From Thermomicrobiales bacterium (GTDB taxonomy: Bacteria; Chloroflexota; Chloroflexia; Thermomicrobiales; UBA6265): DNA of 64,000 nucleotides. The stretch covers positions 14,988-78,987 of the forward strand of contig JBDHWC010000001.1 of NCBI GenBank assembly GCA_039809985.1. The letters run 5' to 3'. Numbering within the stretch: position 1 is the first letter of the stretch; each line of letters begins with the position of its first letter. The position numbers were made by a program, and so were the translations under genes. Below the pieces are notes generated by a model. That model did not search any database and had not been told where the DNA came from. It worked only from the letters and a program-made list of their open reading frames with translations. Below, in pieces: positions 49,772 to 59,690 of the stretch.

Positions 49772-51253
49772 ATGACGGGTCCGAGCAGGGACCAATCCCC
49801 GGCCCAACTGGACGAGGCCCGGCTCTGGCAGGCGGTGCTCGAGGATGTCGAGCCGCGCCTGCGACGGGCCAACGTGGACACGTACCTGCGCCCGTGCAGC
49901 CTGCTGGGATTCGACGGAGACGTCGCCACCGTCGCCGCCCCGAACAACTTCACCGCGTCGACGCTCGAGACCCGGTTCGCAACCGACATCGAGCGGGCGC
50001 TGTCCGCAGTGGTCGGCCGGTCGGTGCGGGCGCGATTCGTCGTCCGCGCCGCGCCGGCACGGGCGGCAACGCGGGAGGAGACGGCAGAGTTGCTGCGGGG
50101 CGACGCGGTCGCTCCGGCCCGCCGCACGGTTCCGCCGCGGGCAGGACGCCGGGCAACGGACAGCTCCGGAGAGGGCGGCCGGGTTCCCGAGCCGCGCCAA
50201 ATCCCGCTGGCCCCGACGCCGGCGCACGGCCTGCTCTCGCGGTACACCTACGAGACGTACGTGGTCGGGTCCTCGAACCGATTCGCCCACGCGGCGTCGT
50301 TGGCGGTGGCCGAGCACCCCGGCGGCAAGTACAACCCCTTCTTCGTGCATGGGGGGGTGGGGCTCGGCAAGACGCACCTGATGCACGCCATCGGGCACGC
50401 GGCGCTGGCGTCAGTGCCGCGGCTCCGGGTGTCGTACGTCACGTCGGAGAAGTTCACCAACGACCTGATCAGCGCCATCCGGCAGCAGCGGACGGACGAG
50501 TTCCGCTCCCACTACCGCCAGATCGACATTCTGATGATTGACGACATCCAGTTCATCGCCGGCAAGGAGAGCACGCAGGAGGAGTTCTTCCACACCTTCA
50601 ACGCGCTCTACCAGAGCGGCAAGCAGGTGATCATCACCAGCGACAAGCCGCCGAAGGCGATCGCCTCGCTGGAGGAGCGCCTTCGCTCGCGATTCGAGGG
50701 TGGCCTGATCGCCGACGTGCAGCTGCCCGACTACGAGATGCGGACGGCGATCCTGCGGCAGAAGGGCGAAGAGCTCGGGGTGCTGCTGCCCGGGGACGTG
50801 GTCGAGTACATCGCCCAGAAGGACCAGAGCAACATCCGGGAGCTCGAGGGCGCGTTGAACAAGGTGATCGCCCGATCTCAGCTGACCCACGTGCCGATCA
50901 CGCTCCCGCTCGCGATGGAGGCCCTGACCGAAGCCTCGTTCGGGGCTCGCAGGCGGCCGGTGACGAGGTCCGGGGTCATCGACGCGGTCGTTCGGCACTA
51001 CGGGGTCGAGTTTCAAGCGCTTGCCGGGCGGTCGCGCACCAAGGAGATCGTGGTGCCGCGGCAAGTGGCGATGTACCTGCTGCGCGAGGAAACGGGGGCG
51101 TCGCTGCAGGAGATCGGCGTCGAGCTCGGCGGCCGCGACCACACGACGGTGCTGCACGGCATTCGGCAGGTCGAGCGGGCTCTCGGAACGGACGCCGGGT
51201 TCCGTTCACAGGTGCTGGCGATCCGGGAGGCGATCTTCGCCGCGCCGGGGTAG
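49772..51253 (+). CDS. dnaA: Chromosomal replication initiator protein DnaA
   Basis: 493 aa from MTGPSRDQ. Walker A GGVGLGKTHLMHAIG, MIDDIQF, sensor and box VII motifs, and the C-terminal DNA-binding RDHTTVLHG. Confidence 0.95.
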   Translation: MTGPSRDQSPAQLDEARLWQAVLEDVEPRLRRANVDTYLRPCSLLGFDGDVATVAAPNNFTASTLETRFATDIERALSAVVGRSVRARFVVRAAPARAATREETAELLRGDAVAPARRTVPPRAGRRATDSSGEGGRVPEPRQIPLAPTPAHGLLSRYTYETYVVGSSNRFAHAASLAVAEHPGGKYNPFFVHGGVGLGKTHLMHAIGHAALASVPRLRVSYVTSEKFTNDLISAIRQQRTDEFRSHYRQIDILMIDDIQFIAGKESTQEEFFHTFNALYQSGKQVIITSDKPPKAIASLEERLRSRFEGGLIADVQLPDYEMRTAILRQKGEELGVLLPGDVVEYIAQKDQSNIRELEGALNKVIARSQLTHVPITLPLAMEALTEASFGARRRPVTRSGVIDAVVRHYGVEFQALAGRSRTKEIVVPRQVAMYLLREETGASLQEIGVELGGRDHTTVLHGIRQVERALGTDAGFRSQVLAIREAIFAAPG

Positions 51254-51261
51254 TCCGCGCC

Positions 51262-51750
51262 CTACGAGCCGCCGCTGATCGAGCCGATGTAGGCACCGAC
51301 GTTGTTGATCTGCACGTCGCTGACTTCGGTGTCCTTGTACGCGCCGGGGGGCGTGTGGCCGTCGCCGGTGCGGATCATGGCGCGCAGCTTGTCAGGCGTT
51401 AGGTCCGCAGTGGATTCGGGCTTCGAAAGGTCCGGCCCCATGCCGCCGGCCGAGTGGCACCCGGCGCACTGGAACTCGAAGGTCTGCTTGCCGAGCGCGA
51501 CATCGCCCATGGCGAGCAGCGAGCTGCCGCCGCCGGCACTCTCGTCCTGCGCGGCCTCGGTCGCTCGCTTCACGGCCTCGGCGGTTTGGGCAGCGAGCTG
51601 TTCGGCGGAGGGTGTGGGGGTCGGCGTGATGCCGAGGACCTGGTTGATCTGCTCCTCGGTGGCGCGACCGCACGCCGCGAGGCCGAACGCGAGCGAGATG
51701 ACCGTGATCAGGATCGCGACCCGTCGACGCATCGCTGCCTGCACCTTCAT
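51262..51750 (-). CDS. Class I c-type cytochrome, probable lipoprotein
   Basis: Signal peptide with lipobox LAAC, heme motif CAGCHS, and downstream Met-containing segments. Confidence 0.8.
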   Translation of the reverse strand: MKVQAAMRRRVAILITVISLAFGLAACGRATEEQINQVLGITPTPTPSAEQLAAQTAEAVKRATEAAQDESAGGGSSLLAMGDVALGKQTFEFQCAGCHSAGGMGPDLSKPESTADLTPDKLRAMIRTGDGHTPPGAYKDTEVSDVQINNVGAYIGSISGGS

Positions 51751-51836
51751 GTCGTGCGCGCGCCGCCGGGCGTCGTGCGCAGGCGTACACCGGAGAGCGA
51801 CTGTGGCATCACCCGAACATCAAGACAGGATGGCCG

Positions 51837-51865
51837 ACGATACCAACCGGACCGGGGCGTGTCAA
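51837..51865 (-). promoter_or_regulatory. Sigma-70-type promoter candidate for the cytochrome c gene (TTGACA-N17-TATCGT with TGg, read on the - strand)
   Basis: The reverse complement of 51860-51865 is TTGACA (overlapping the lgt stop) and of 51837-51842 is TATCGT. Confidence 0.45.
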
Positions 51866-52686
51866 ACCTGTGGCGAGTCGCCGATGGTCCCGGTGGCCGG
51901 AGGAGAAGCATGCCAACGTGACCAAGTGAACCCGCCGATGCCAGCCATCACCAGCCCGGCGCTGACCCAGAGCGCCGCCGGGAACGGCCCGATGTAGAGG
52001 CTGTCGGTCCGCATCCGCTCGATCACGAAGCGGGCGACGCCGTAGGTGACGAGGTACAGCCAGAGACCGTCGCCTTCCCGCAGACGGCGCGAGCCGGGAA
52101 TGTTAAGGGCGACCCAGGTGAGGAGCGCGGCGTTGAGCAGGTCAAAGATCGACTCGTAGAGGAAGGTCGGGTGGAAGTGGGTCGCGGCGGCGAACTCCGC
52201 CGGCCGGTGCGCGGCGTCGATGGCAACACCCCACGGCAGGTTGGTGGGCCGGCCGAAGGCTTCCTGGTTCGCCCAGTTGCCCCACCGGCCGACGGCTTGC
52301 GCCAGCGCGACGCCGGGCATCACCACGTCGATCCAGGCGAGATAGCGCTCACCGTGGCGGCGGCAGAGCCAGATGGCGGCCAGGGTGCCGAAGAGCAACG
52401 CGCCGTGGACCGTCATGCCGCCGAGCCGGATGTTCCACGCTTCGCTGGGGTGGGCAACGAAATAGTCGGCCCGCAGCAACACGTAGTAGAGGCGGGCGCC
52501 GATCAGGGCGGCGAAGACGACCCACGGCGCGGCGTCGAGGACGAACCCGGCGTCCATGCCGCGACGGTTGGCGACCCAGCCGATCAGCCAGAGGCCGGCG
52601 ACGATGCCGGCGAGGATGAAGAGGGCGTACCACCGGATCGAGATGCTGCCAACGCTGAACGCGACGGGGTCGGCGGGCGACGGCAT
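51862..52686 (-). CDS. lgt: Prolipoprotein diacylglyceryl transferase
   Basis: [42 protein letters not shown]. Confidence 0.9.
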   Translation of the reverse strand: MPSPADPVAFSVGSISIRWYALFILAGIVAGLWLIGWVANRRGMDAGFVLDAAPWVVFAALIGARLYYVLLRADYFVAHPSEAWNIRLGGMTVHGALLFGTLAAIWLCRRHGERYLAWIDVVMPGVALAQAVGRWGNWANQEAFGRPTNLPWGVAIDAAHRPAEFAAATHFHPTFLYESIFDLLNAALLTWVALNIPGSRRLREGDGLWLYLVTYGVARFVIERMRTDSLYIGPFPAALWVSAGLVMAGIGGFTWSRWHASPPATGTIGDSPQV

Positions 52687-52729
52687 CGCGGTCAGGCCCT
52701 CGCGGCGCGACCGGGTGCGGGGAGGGCGT

Positions 52730-53728
52730 TCACCGGCCGGCCAGGAAGGCGTCGAGTTCGCGGCGTGTCGGAAGCCCCTCCCACGCGCCGCGCTTCGTGG
52801 TCGCCAGCGCGCCTGCCCCGGAGGCGAAGGCGATGTCGGCGCTTGTCGGATCGGCCCAGTTCCGTTCGTGCAGTCGGGTCAGGAGGGCGGCGGTGAAGGC
52901 GTCGCCCGCGCCCGTGGGCTCGACGGCGTCGACGACGAAGGCTGGCACGTGGCGGACTTGCGGATTGCCGCGGCTGGCGAACCACGCCCCGCGAGCGCCG
53001 TCGGTCAGCACGACGATCCTGACCGGGGTGGTGCCCAGCAGGTGGGACACGATCTGGTCGGGGTCGGTCAACCCGAGGATGCCAGAGGCGTCGTCGACAC
53101 TGAGCTTGACGACCGTGGTGTGCTCGAGCACTGCCGCGCAGGCTGCCTTCGCTTCGGCGAGGTCGGGCCAGAGTGTCGGTCGCAAATTGATGTCGAAGCA
53201 GACGACGACGCCCGAACCGGCCGCCCGACGGGCGGCCTCCTCGATGGCGCCGCGCGACGGCATGGCGGCGAGGGCAACCGAGCCGACGACGATCGCGTCG
53301 CGCGACGGGATGTCGGCATCCCCGACCTGCGCGCCCGAGAGCTGGATGTCCGCACCGCGCAGCAGCCAGAAGTGGCCGTCGCCCCGGTGATCCTTCCACG
53401 CGAACGCCATGGTGGTCGGCGCGACCGGTGTGGTGGCGAGGGTTGACGTGTCGACGCCTTGGTCCGTGAGGCCTTGTCGAAGCCGCCTGCCGAACGGGTC
53501 GTCGCCGACGACGCCGCAGAACGCGGCGTCCGCGCCGAGTCGCGCCGAGGCGACGGCGACGTTCGCGGGCGCGCCGCCCATCCGGGCAACGAGGTCGGAC
53601 GCCGTCTCGAGCGACGGGGAGCCGTCGGCGACGATCAGGTCGATCAGCGTCTCGCCGATGGACAGGAGCCGCGGTCGACGAGGTGCGCTGGCGGCCGGGC
53701 CGGCGGTCGATGGAGTCGGACGCGCCAT
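52730..53728 (-). CDS. PfkB-family carbohydrate kinase
   Basis: LSIGETLIDL, GGAPANVAV, and the C-terminal ATP/anion-hole motif PTGAGDAFTAALL. Confidence 0.85.
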   Translation of the reverse strand: MARPTPSTAGPAASAPRRPRLLSIGETLIDLIVADGSPSLETASDLVARMGGAPANVAVASARLGADAAFCGVVGDDPFGRRLRQGLTDQGVDTSTLATTPVAPTTMAFAWKDHRGDGHFWLLRGADIQLSGAQVGDADIPSRDAIVVGSVALAAMPSRGAIEEAARRAAGSGVVVCFDINLRPTLWPDLAEAKAACAAVLEHTTVVKLSVDDASGILGLTDPDQIVSHLLGTTPVRIVVLTDGARGAWFASRGNPQVRHVPAFVVDAVEPTGAGDAFTAALLTRLHERNWADPTSADIAFASGAGALATTKRGAWEGLPTRRELDAFLAGR

Positions 53729-53732
53729 CCGG

Positions 53733-56048
53733 TCAGTCCCCCGCCCGCGATTGCGACACGCTCGCGTCGCGGCGGACCTCGTAGACGTCGCGGACGCCTT
53801 CCAGCTTCTGGAGGATGCGGCTCAGCTTGCTGATCCCCTCGACCTCGACCGTGGCGAGCAGCGTGACCGTGCGGTCGTCGTGCGTGGTCGTCAGGACCGA
53901 GACGATGTTGACCTTGTCGTCGGCGAGGAGCGTGCTGACGTCCTTCAGCAGGCCGACCCGATCCCAGGCACGAACCCGGATGGTGACCGGGAAGGTTTCC
54001 TCGCCGCGGTCGCCCCACGTCACCGCGATCAGCCGTTCGGGGTCGTTGAGGCCGGTGACGTTCGGGCAGTCTTGCCGGTGGACGGTGATGCCGCGGCCGC
54101 GGGTGACATAGCCGATGATCTGGTCGCCGTTGACCGGCTTGCAGCAGGTGGCGAGATTGGTCAGCAGGTCGCCGACGCCGAGCACTTGGAGGCGAGCGGG
54201 CGTGCGCGGCACCTCGATGTTCGGGGCCGGGACGAGGACGTCCTTCTCGCGGTTGAGGTCGAGCCGGGTGGCGATTTGCTGCGGCGAGACCGCGCCGTAG
54301 CCGATCGCGGCTAGGAAGTCGTCGAGCTTGCCGTACTGCGGGAAGACCTTGAGGATCTCCTCCGGCCGGAGGTCGAGACTGAGCCGACGCAGCTCTCGCT
54401 CGAGGATTTCCTTGCCTTGGCTGATGTTCTCGTCGCGCTCCTGGCTGCGGAACCAGCGGCGAATCTTCTCCCGGGCGGAGGCGGTGGTGACGTACTCGGA
54501 GGAGGCGAGGAGCCAGTCGCGGCTGGGTCCGACCTTCGACTTGCTGGTCTGGACCTTGACGACCTGGCCGTTCTGCAGCTTGTAGTTGAGCGGCACCATC
54601 TGGTCGTTGACCCGGGCCCCGACGCAGCGGTGGCCGACCTCGGTGTGGATGCGGTAGGCAAAGTCGACCGGCGTCGCGCCCGAGGGCAACTCGATGATGT
54701 CGCCGTCGGGGGTGAAGACGTAGATCATCTCTTGGAAGACGTCGGACTTGAGCGACTCGACGAATTCCTCGGCGTCGGCGACCTGATCGCGCCAGTCCAT
54801 CAGTTGTCGCAGCCAGGCGACCTTGGCCTCGACGCGCGCGTCGACCTTGCCGCCTTCCTTGTAGCGCCAGTGGGCGGCGACGCCGTACTCGGCGATGCGG
54901 TGCATCTCGTAGGTGCGGATCTGGATCTCGATCGCACGCCCCTCCGGCCCGATCACCGCGGTGTGGAGCGACTGGTAGAGGCTTTCCTTCGGGGTGGCGA
55001 TGTAGTCGTCGAACTCGCCGGGGATCGGGTGCCACATGGCGTGGATGATGCCGAGCGCGCCGTAGCAGTCCTTCCGGTCCTCGACCAGCACCCGGAGGCC
55101 GATCACATCGTAGATCTCGTCGAGGCTGCGGTGCTTCTGGAGCATTTTGCGGTAGATCGAGTAGATGTGCTTCGTCCGGCCGGTGATCTCGGCGACGATG
55201 CCGGCGGATTCGAGCGCGCCCTTCAGCTCCGCCTGAACCGCGGCCATGTACGGCTCGCTGTCCTTCGCGCGCTTGGCGAACTCGGCGCTGAGCGTCGACC
55301 ACGCGTCAGGCGTGATGTAGCGAAAGGCGAGGTCCTCGAGCTCGGACTTGACCTGCCAGATGCCGAGACGGTTGGCGAGCGGCGCGTAGATCTCCGCGGT
55401 TTGCTGCGCGATGCGCAACTGCTTGTGCGGCGGCAACGCTTCGAGGGTGCGCATGTTGTGGAGGCGGTCGGCCAGCTTGATCAGTACCACGCCGATGTCG
55501 TCGACCATCGCCAGGAACATCTTGCGGAGGCTCTCGGCTTGGTTCGCCTTCTCGCGCGAGGCGGCGGTCGACCCGTCGTCGCTGGTCCAAGGCAGGCGAC
55601 CGAGCTTGGTGACGCCGTCGACGAGCTTGGCGATCCGTGGGCCGAACATCGCCTCGATCTGGGGAAGGGTCGCCGCGGTGTCCTCGACGGTGTCGTGCAG
55701 CACCCCGGCGGCGATCGTCTCCGGGTCCATCTGCATCTTGGCGAGGATCTTGCCGACCTCGATCGGGTGGACGACGTAGGGTTCGCCCGACTTCCGGAGG
55801 TCGCCGTCGTGGGCAGAGATGGCGAAGTCGACCGCTCGCCGCACGACGTCCGTCTGCTGGCCCGCAGGGAGGTCGTCACAGAGGGCGACCAGCTCGTCCG
55901 CCAGCAAGCGCACAGACAGCGGCACCACGGTTGCCGTCTCGTCGATCGGCACCGCGACCAACTGAGGTTCTGGAGGTGCGTCACGCTTTCGCTTGCGGGC
56001 CATGGATGGTGTGCTGCTCGGGGTTGCCATGCGCCCCCGGTCACTCAT
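53733..56048 (-). CDS. relA: Bifunctional (p)ppGpp synthetase/hydrolase (RelA/SpoT homologue)
   Basis: HD domain (SGEPYVVHPIEV, HDTVEDT), synthetase domain (YRSLH-type SLYQSLHTAV), TGS (VFTPDGDIIELP) and C-terminal ACT. The start is uncertain (ATG 56048, 56030 or 56003). The 960-aa ORF is an upstream extension. Confidence 0.9.
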   Translation of the reverse strand: MSDRGRMATPSSTPSMARKRKRDAPPEPQLVAVPIDETATVVPLSVRLLADELVALCDDLPAGQQTDVVRRAVDFAISAHDGDLRKSGEPYVVHPIEVGKILAKMQMDPETIAAGVLHDTVEDTAATLPQIEAMFGPRIAKLVDGVTKLGRLPWTSDDGSTAASREKANQAESLRKMFLAMVDDIGVVLIKLADRLHNMRTLEALPPHKQLRIAQQTAEIYAPLANRLGIWQVKSELEDLAFRYITPDAWSTLSAEFAKRAKDSEPYMAAVQAELKGALESAGIVAEITGRTKHIYSIYRKMLQKHRSLDEIYDVIGLRVLVEDRKDCYGALGIIHAMWHPIPGEFDDYIATPKESLYQSLHTAVIGPEGRAIEIQIRTYEMHRIAEYGVAAHWRYKEGGKVDARVEAKVAWLRQLMDWRDQVADAEEFVESLKSDVFQEMIYVFTPDGDIIELPSGATPVDFAYRIHTEVGHRCVGARVNDQMVPLNYKLQNGQVVKVQTSKSKVGPSRDWLLASSEYVTTASAREKIRRWFRSQERDENISQGKEILERELRRLSLDLRPEEILKVFPQYGKLDDFLAAIGYGAVSPQQIATRLDLNREKDVLVPAPNIEVPRTPARLQVLGVGDLLTNLATCCKPVNGDQIIGYVTRGRGITVHRQDCPNVTGLNDPERLIAVTWGDRGEETFPVTIRVRAWDRVGLLKDVSTLLADDKVNIVSVLTTTHDDRTVTLLATVEVEGISKLSRILQKLEGVRDVYEVRRDASVSQSRAGD

Positions 56049-56238
56049 GCAATCGTCACGATCATCAACGGTGGCGCGGGGAGTGTATGCGACCGTGAGA
56101 GGCCCGGTCAATCGGAACCGTGAGCGGAGGTCCCGGTCGTCGCGACGGCCGCGACGGGGATCGCCCTCGACCCAGCGTGCTAGCATCGACTGACGATGCG
56201 ACGGCCGTGTACCGATCCGGAGAAGGGTTGCGCCGGGG

Positions 56239-57483
56239 ATGCCTGACCAGAACCTGGACCGACTGTTCCAGCCCGACGAAGTGCGGACGATCATCGCGCG
56301 CCACGATCGGAGGCTGGGCACGGAAGAGGTGGCCTTGAGTGAGGCGTCCGGTCGCGTTCTGGCGGTCGACCTCGTCGCCGACGAGGACCATCCGCCGTTC
56401 CGGGCGGCGACGATGGACGGGTTCGCCGTGGTCGCGCACGACGGTTCGCCGTGGCGCGAGATCATCGGCGAGCAGACGGCCGGCTTCGTGCTGGACGTCG
56501 AGGTGACCCCCGGCACGGCTGTGCGGATCACCACCGGGGCGCCCGTGCCCGCCGGCGCGGACGCGGTTGTCAAGGTTGAGGCGACCGAGCCGGCCGAGCA
56601 GAACCACGTCGTCATCCTGCAGGAGGACGTCGAGGACGGCGAGAACGTCCGGCAGGTCGGGGCCGACCTGCGGCGCGGCGATGTCGTCGTGCCGGCCGGG
56701 GTCCGACTCGGCCCGGCGGAACTCGGCCTGGCCGCGGGGCTCGGCGCGAACCCGCTGCCGGTGAGTCAGCGGCCGCGCGTCAGCATCCTGTCGACCGGCG
56801 ACGAGCTGGTGGAGCCCGGATCACCGGTTGGGCCGGGCCAAATCTACGACGCGAACCGATTCAGTCTGATTGCCGCGGTTAAGCAGGCTGGAGCGGAGGT
56901 CATCTGGGCCGGCAAGGGGCCGGACGAATTGGCAGCCCTGCGGGACGTGCTCCGGGAGCGGATCGCCGCCAGCGACGTGGTGCTGACCAGCGGCGGCGTG
57001 TCGATGGGCGAACTCGACCTGATCAAGCCGTTGCTCGGCGAACTGGCGACGGTGCACTTGCGCCGCGTGTTCATGAAACCGGGCAAGCCGCTGAACTTCG
57101 CGACGGCGGGCGAGACGCGCATTTTCGGCCTGCCCGGCAACCCGGTTTCGGCGCTGGTGGCGTTCGAGGTGTTCATTCGGCCGATGTTGTTGCGAATGAC
57201 GGGCGCGACCGAGACGGAACGCCCGGTCGTGCCCGTCCGTCTCGCCCAGCCTGCCGATCCGGCAGACCGGATCGAGTACCAGCGGGCCGTGGTCGAGGTC
57301 GGCGCTGACGGCATGCTGACGGCCCGGACCAACGGGCTGCAGGCGTCGTCGCGGCTGGCGTCCTTCCTCGGGGCGAACGCGCTCCTCATCGTGCCGCCGC
57401 GCGAGCGCGTGTACGAGCGAGGGGAGAACCTCCACGCCATGCTGCTCAGCACGCCACGGCAGGCGGACGCCCGCTCGAACTGA
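56239..57483 (+). CDS. moeA: Molybdopterin molybdenumtransferase MoeA
   Basis: EDHPPFRAATMDGFAV, ILSTGDEL, SGGVSMGELD, FGLPGNPVSA. Confidence 0.9.
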   Translation: MPDQNLDRLFQPDEVRTIIARHDRRLGTEEVALSEASGRVLAVDLVADEDHPPFRAATMDGFAVVAHDGSPWREIIGEQTAGFVLDVEVTPGTAVRITTGAPVPAGADAVVKVEATEPAEQNHVVILQEDVEDGENVRQVGADLRRGDVVVPAGVRLGPAELGLAAGLGANPLPVSQRPRVSILSTGDELVEPGSPVGPGQIYDANRFSLIAAVKQAGAEVIWAGKGPDELAALRDVLRERIAASDVVLTSGGVSMGELDLIKPLLGELATVHLRRVFMKPGKPLNFATAGETRIFGLPGNPVSALVAFEVFIRPMLLRMTGATETERPVVPVRLAQPADPADRIEYQRAVVEVGADGMLTARTNGLQASSRLASFLGANALLIVPPRERVYERGENLHAMLLSTPRQADARSN

Positions 57484-57491
57484 CTTCGGCA

Positions 57492-58484
57492 TCAGTCGGT
57501 GTTGTCGGCTTCCTCGACGAGATAGGTGGCTGGGTCGAGTCCGTCGCGCAGCCGCTTGCGATGGACGATGTACGCATGCTTCGGCGTCATGCCGGCGCGC
57601 GTGTAGAGGCGGGGGGCACCGGTCTCGTTCTCGGAGTCGACGCTCAAGCTCGCCAGTCCGAGGCCGAGGTCGCTGCCGACGCCGAACAACTTGGTGATCA
57701 GGGCGAGCGCGACCCCGCGCTGGCGCCATGGTGCACGGACTCCGACCGTGTCGACCCAGAGTTCGCCGGGGAGTGCCCGACCGAGTGCCGCGCCGATCAC
57801 CTCGTCGCCTTCGGTGGCGATCAGCCAGAGTCGGGGGTCCCAGCCGGGTGCCTCGACGAACCCCTTGAACCGCTCCAGCGTGCCCGGCGGGCGGCCCCAG
57901 CTGTCGCGGAACGCCTCCTCGACGGCCTCGAAGGTGGGAACGAGGTCCCGTTCGGGGTCGAACTGGCGGACCACCACGCCGTCAGCGACCGGTGCGGCAT
58001 CTGGGCGCACGACAAGCGACCGGTGCATGGTGTTGATCTGGCGTTCGGGGACGTAGCCGAGCGATCCCAGCAGCCGGAGAGCCGACGGGTTCGTCGTGGG
58101 GATGTATTGCTGGACGATCACGGCGTAGCCGGCCGGGGCGACTGGCAGCCTGGCACGGGCCATCGCCTCGCCCCACTCGACGATGGCGGTGCCGAGGCCG
58201 CGGCCGCGGTGCGCCGGGGCGACGTCCGCGTAGACGGAGTGGACGAGATTGCGGCGTGCCATCGTGTCGGCGAACGCGGCCGGCTCGCCGTCGACGGTGC
58301 GAATCAGGAGGACGTCGTTGGCGAGGTCGACGCCATGCCAGTCGGAGAGGAGTTCCTCTATCGTCATCTCGGCCGCGCCGAGGTCGACCGTCTGGGCAGC
58401 GGTGGCGATGGCGACGATGTCGGCGGCGTCGGCCTCGGTGACGGGTGCGCGCACGTAGCCGTCCGGAAGTCGCGGGTACTGCAT
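57492..58484 (-). CDS. Tandem GNAT-domain N-acetyltransferase
   Basis: 330 aa from MQYPRLPDGY. Two acetyl-CoA-binding motifs (APAHRGRGLGTAIV and RAPWRQRGVALALI), an MshD-like two-domain layout. The 501-aa ORF is an upstream extension. Confidence 0.75.
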   Translation of the reverse strand: MQYPRLPDGYVRAPVTEADAADIVAIATAAQTVDLGAAEMTIEELLSDWHGVDLANDVLLIRTVDGEPAAFADTMARRNLVHSVYADVAPAHRGRGLGTAIVEWGEAMARARLPVAPAGYAVIVQQYIPTTNPSALRLLGSLGYVPERQINTMHRSLVVRPDAAPVADGVVVRQFDPERDLVPTFEAVEEAFRDSWGRPPGTLERFKGFVEAPGWDPRLWLIATEGDEVIGAALGRALPGELWVDTVGVRAPWRQRGVALALITKLFGVGSDLGLGLASLSVDSENETGAPRLYTRAGMTPKHAYIVHRKRLRDGLDPATYLVEEADNTD

Positions 58485-58556
58485 GCTCGACGTCTCCCAG
58501 CCGATACACTCCGCGTTGGTGCGCGACCAGTCACGCGCGCACGGGAGGATACCGTG

Positions 58557-58787
58557 ATGGCCAGAGGCGAGCCGACGTTCGGCGTCAGTGACGTCGAGTA
58601 CAACCTGATCACCACCCTGAGCAACCTGCTGCAAGGCGAGTTGGTGATGGCGAACTACGAGGAGGACGCGCGCGACGCCGGCGACGATGAAACGGCGCGT
58701 CTGTTTCGTGAGATGCGGGAGCAGAACCGGCGGTTCGCGGTGCGGTGCCGCAAGGAACTGCTGCGCCTGATCTCCGCGGGTCAGTAG
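58557..58787 (+). CDS. Hypothetical small helical protein (76 aa)
   Basis: The ATG is preceded by GGGAGG at 8 nt. MARGEPTFGVSDVEYNLITTLSNLLQGELVMANYEEDARDAGDDETARLFREMREQNRRFAVRCRKELLRLISAGQ. High GC3. It forms the C-terminal part of a longer spurious ORF in the track. Confidence 0.55.
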   Translation: MARGEPTFGVSDVEYNLITTLSNLLQGELVMANYEEDARDAGDDETARLFREMREQNRRFAVRCRKELLRLISAGQ

Positions 58788-58809
58788 CGGGTTCCGGGGG
58801 CAGGCCAGC

Positions 58810-59526
58810 ATGGGGCAACCGCCGATCGAGGTCCGGGTGCGGTACTTCGCGATGGTCCGCGAACTGCTCGGGACGAGCGAGGAGACCCGAACGGTCGAAG
58901 CCGGCACTTCGGTCGGTGCGTTGCTCGACGCGATCGTCGCCGAGCATCCTCGGTTGGCCGGGGCCAAGCGGACGACGATGCTGATGGTGAACCGCAAGTA
59001 CGCCGAGGTCGACCATGTGCTGGCGAACGGTGACGAAGTGGCGTTGATTCCGCCGGTGAGCGGCGGCGAGCCGTGTCGCTACCGGGTGCAGTCGGAACCG
59101 ATCGACCGGGAAGCGGTCGAGGCGCTGGTGGCCCATCCCGCGGCCGGGGCGGTGGTCACCTTCGTCGGTGTCGTTCGCGACCATGCGCGCGGACGCATGG
59201 TGCTCTGGCTTGACTACGAAGCGTACCCGGAGGCGGCGGAAGCGATGCTCGCCCGGATCGGGGCGGAGATCTCCGAGCGCTGGGGCATCGAAAACGTCGC
59301 GATCACCCATCGGACAGGAGCGCTGCAAGTCGGGGAGCCAAGCATCGTCATCGCGGTGGCAAGTGCCCACCGGCAGGTGGCGTTCGCGGCGTGTCAGTAC
59401 GCCATTGAGCGGGTCAAGGAGATCGTCCCGATCTGGAAGAAGGAGCACTACGCCGACGGGGCGGTCTGGATCGGCAGCGAGGCGGACTATCAGCGGGAAG
59501 CCCGAGCGGAATCGACCGCCGACTAG
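58810..59526 (+). CDS. Fused molybdopterin synthase small (MoaD) and large (MoaE) subunits
   Basis: Residues 1-86 are MoaD-like and end in LIPPVSGG. Residues 87-238 are MoaE-like (GAVVTFVGVVRD, ITHRTGALQVGEPSIVIAVASAHR, PIWKKE). Confidence 0.85.
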   Translation: MGQPPIEVRVRYFAMVRELLGTSEETRTVEAGTSVGALLDAIVAEHPRLAGAKRTTMLMVNRKYAEVDHVLANGDEVALIPPVSGGEPCRYRVQSEPIDREAVEALVAHPAAGAVVTFVGVVRDHARGRMVLWLDYEAYPEAAEAMLARIGAEISERWGIENVAITHRTGALQVGEPSIVIAVASAHRQVAFAACQYAIERVKEIVPIWKKEHYADGAVWIGSEADYQREARAESTAD

Positions 59527-59624
59527 AAGCCTGCCCTGAGTTCGGTCACGGGCAGGCGGAGACTGCCGCCTGCCGTTGCTGGTCGCCACCTCTTCTTCCC
59601 CGGTCCAGAATCTTGGCACATGAC

Positions 59625-59690
59625 GGCTCGGACCATGCTCAGGTGGTCCTTGATCCGCGCACCCGGTTTCTTCGCGCGGATGACCGAGCC
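59625..59690. other. Compact three-way-junction-like structured element (strand and function unknown)
   Basis: Outer stem GGCTCGG (59625-31) pairs with CCGAGCC (59684-90). It encloses hairpin ACCA-N8-TGGT (59632-47; alternatively the 6-bp GGACCA/TGGTCC) and hairpin ATCCGCGC-N13-GCGCGGAT (59653-81). Confidence 0.3.

Noticed and set aside
56049-56615. 5' extension of the relA/spoT ORF to 960 aa, overlapping the moeA start region.
   Set aside because: RelA homology starts after MATPSS/MARKRKRD. The extension has no motifs and would overlap the divergent moeA promoter and gene.
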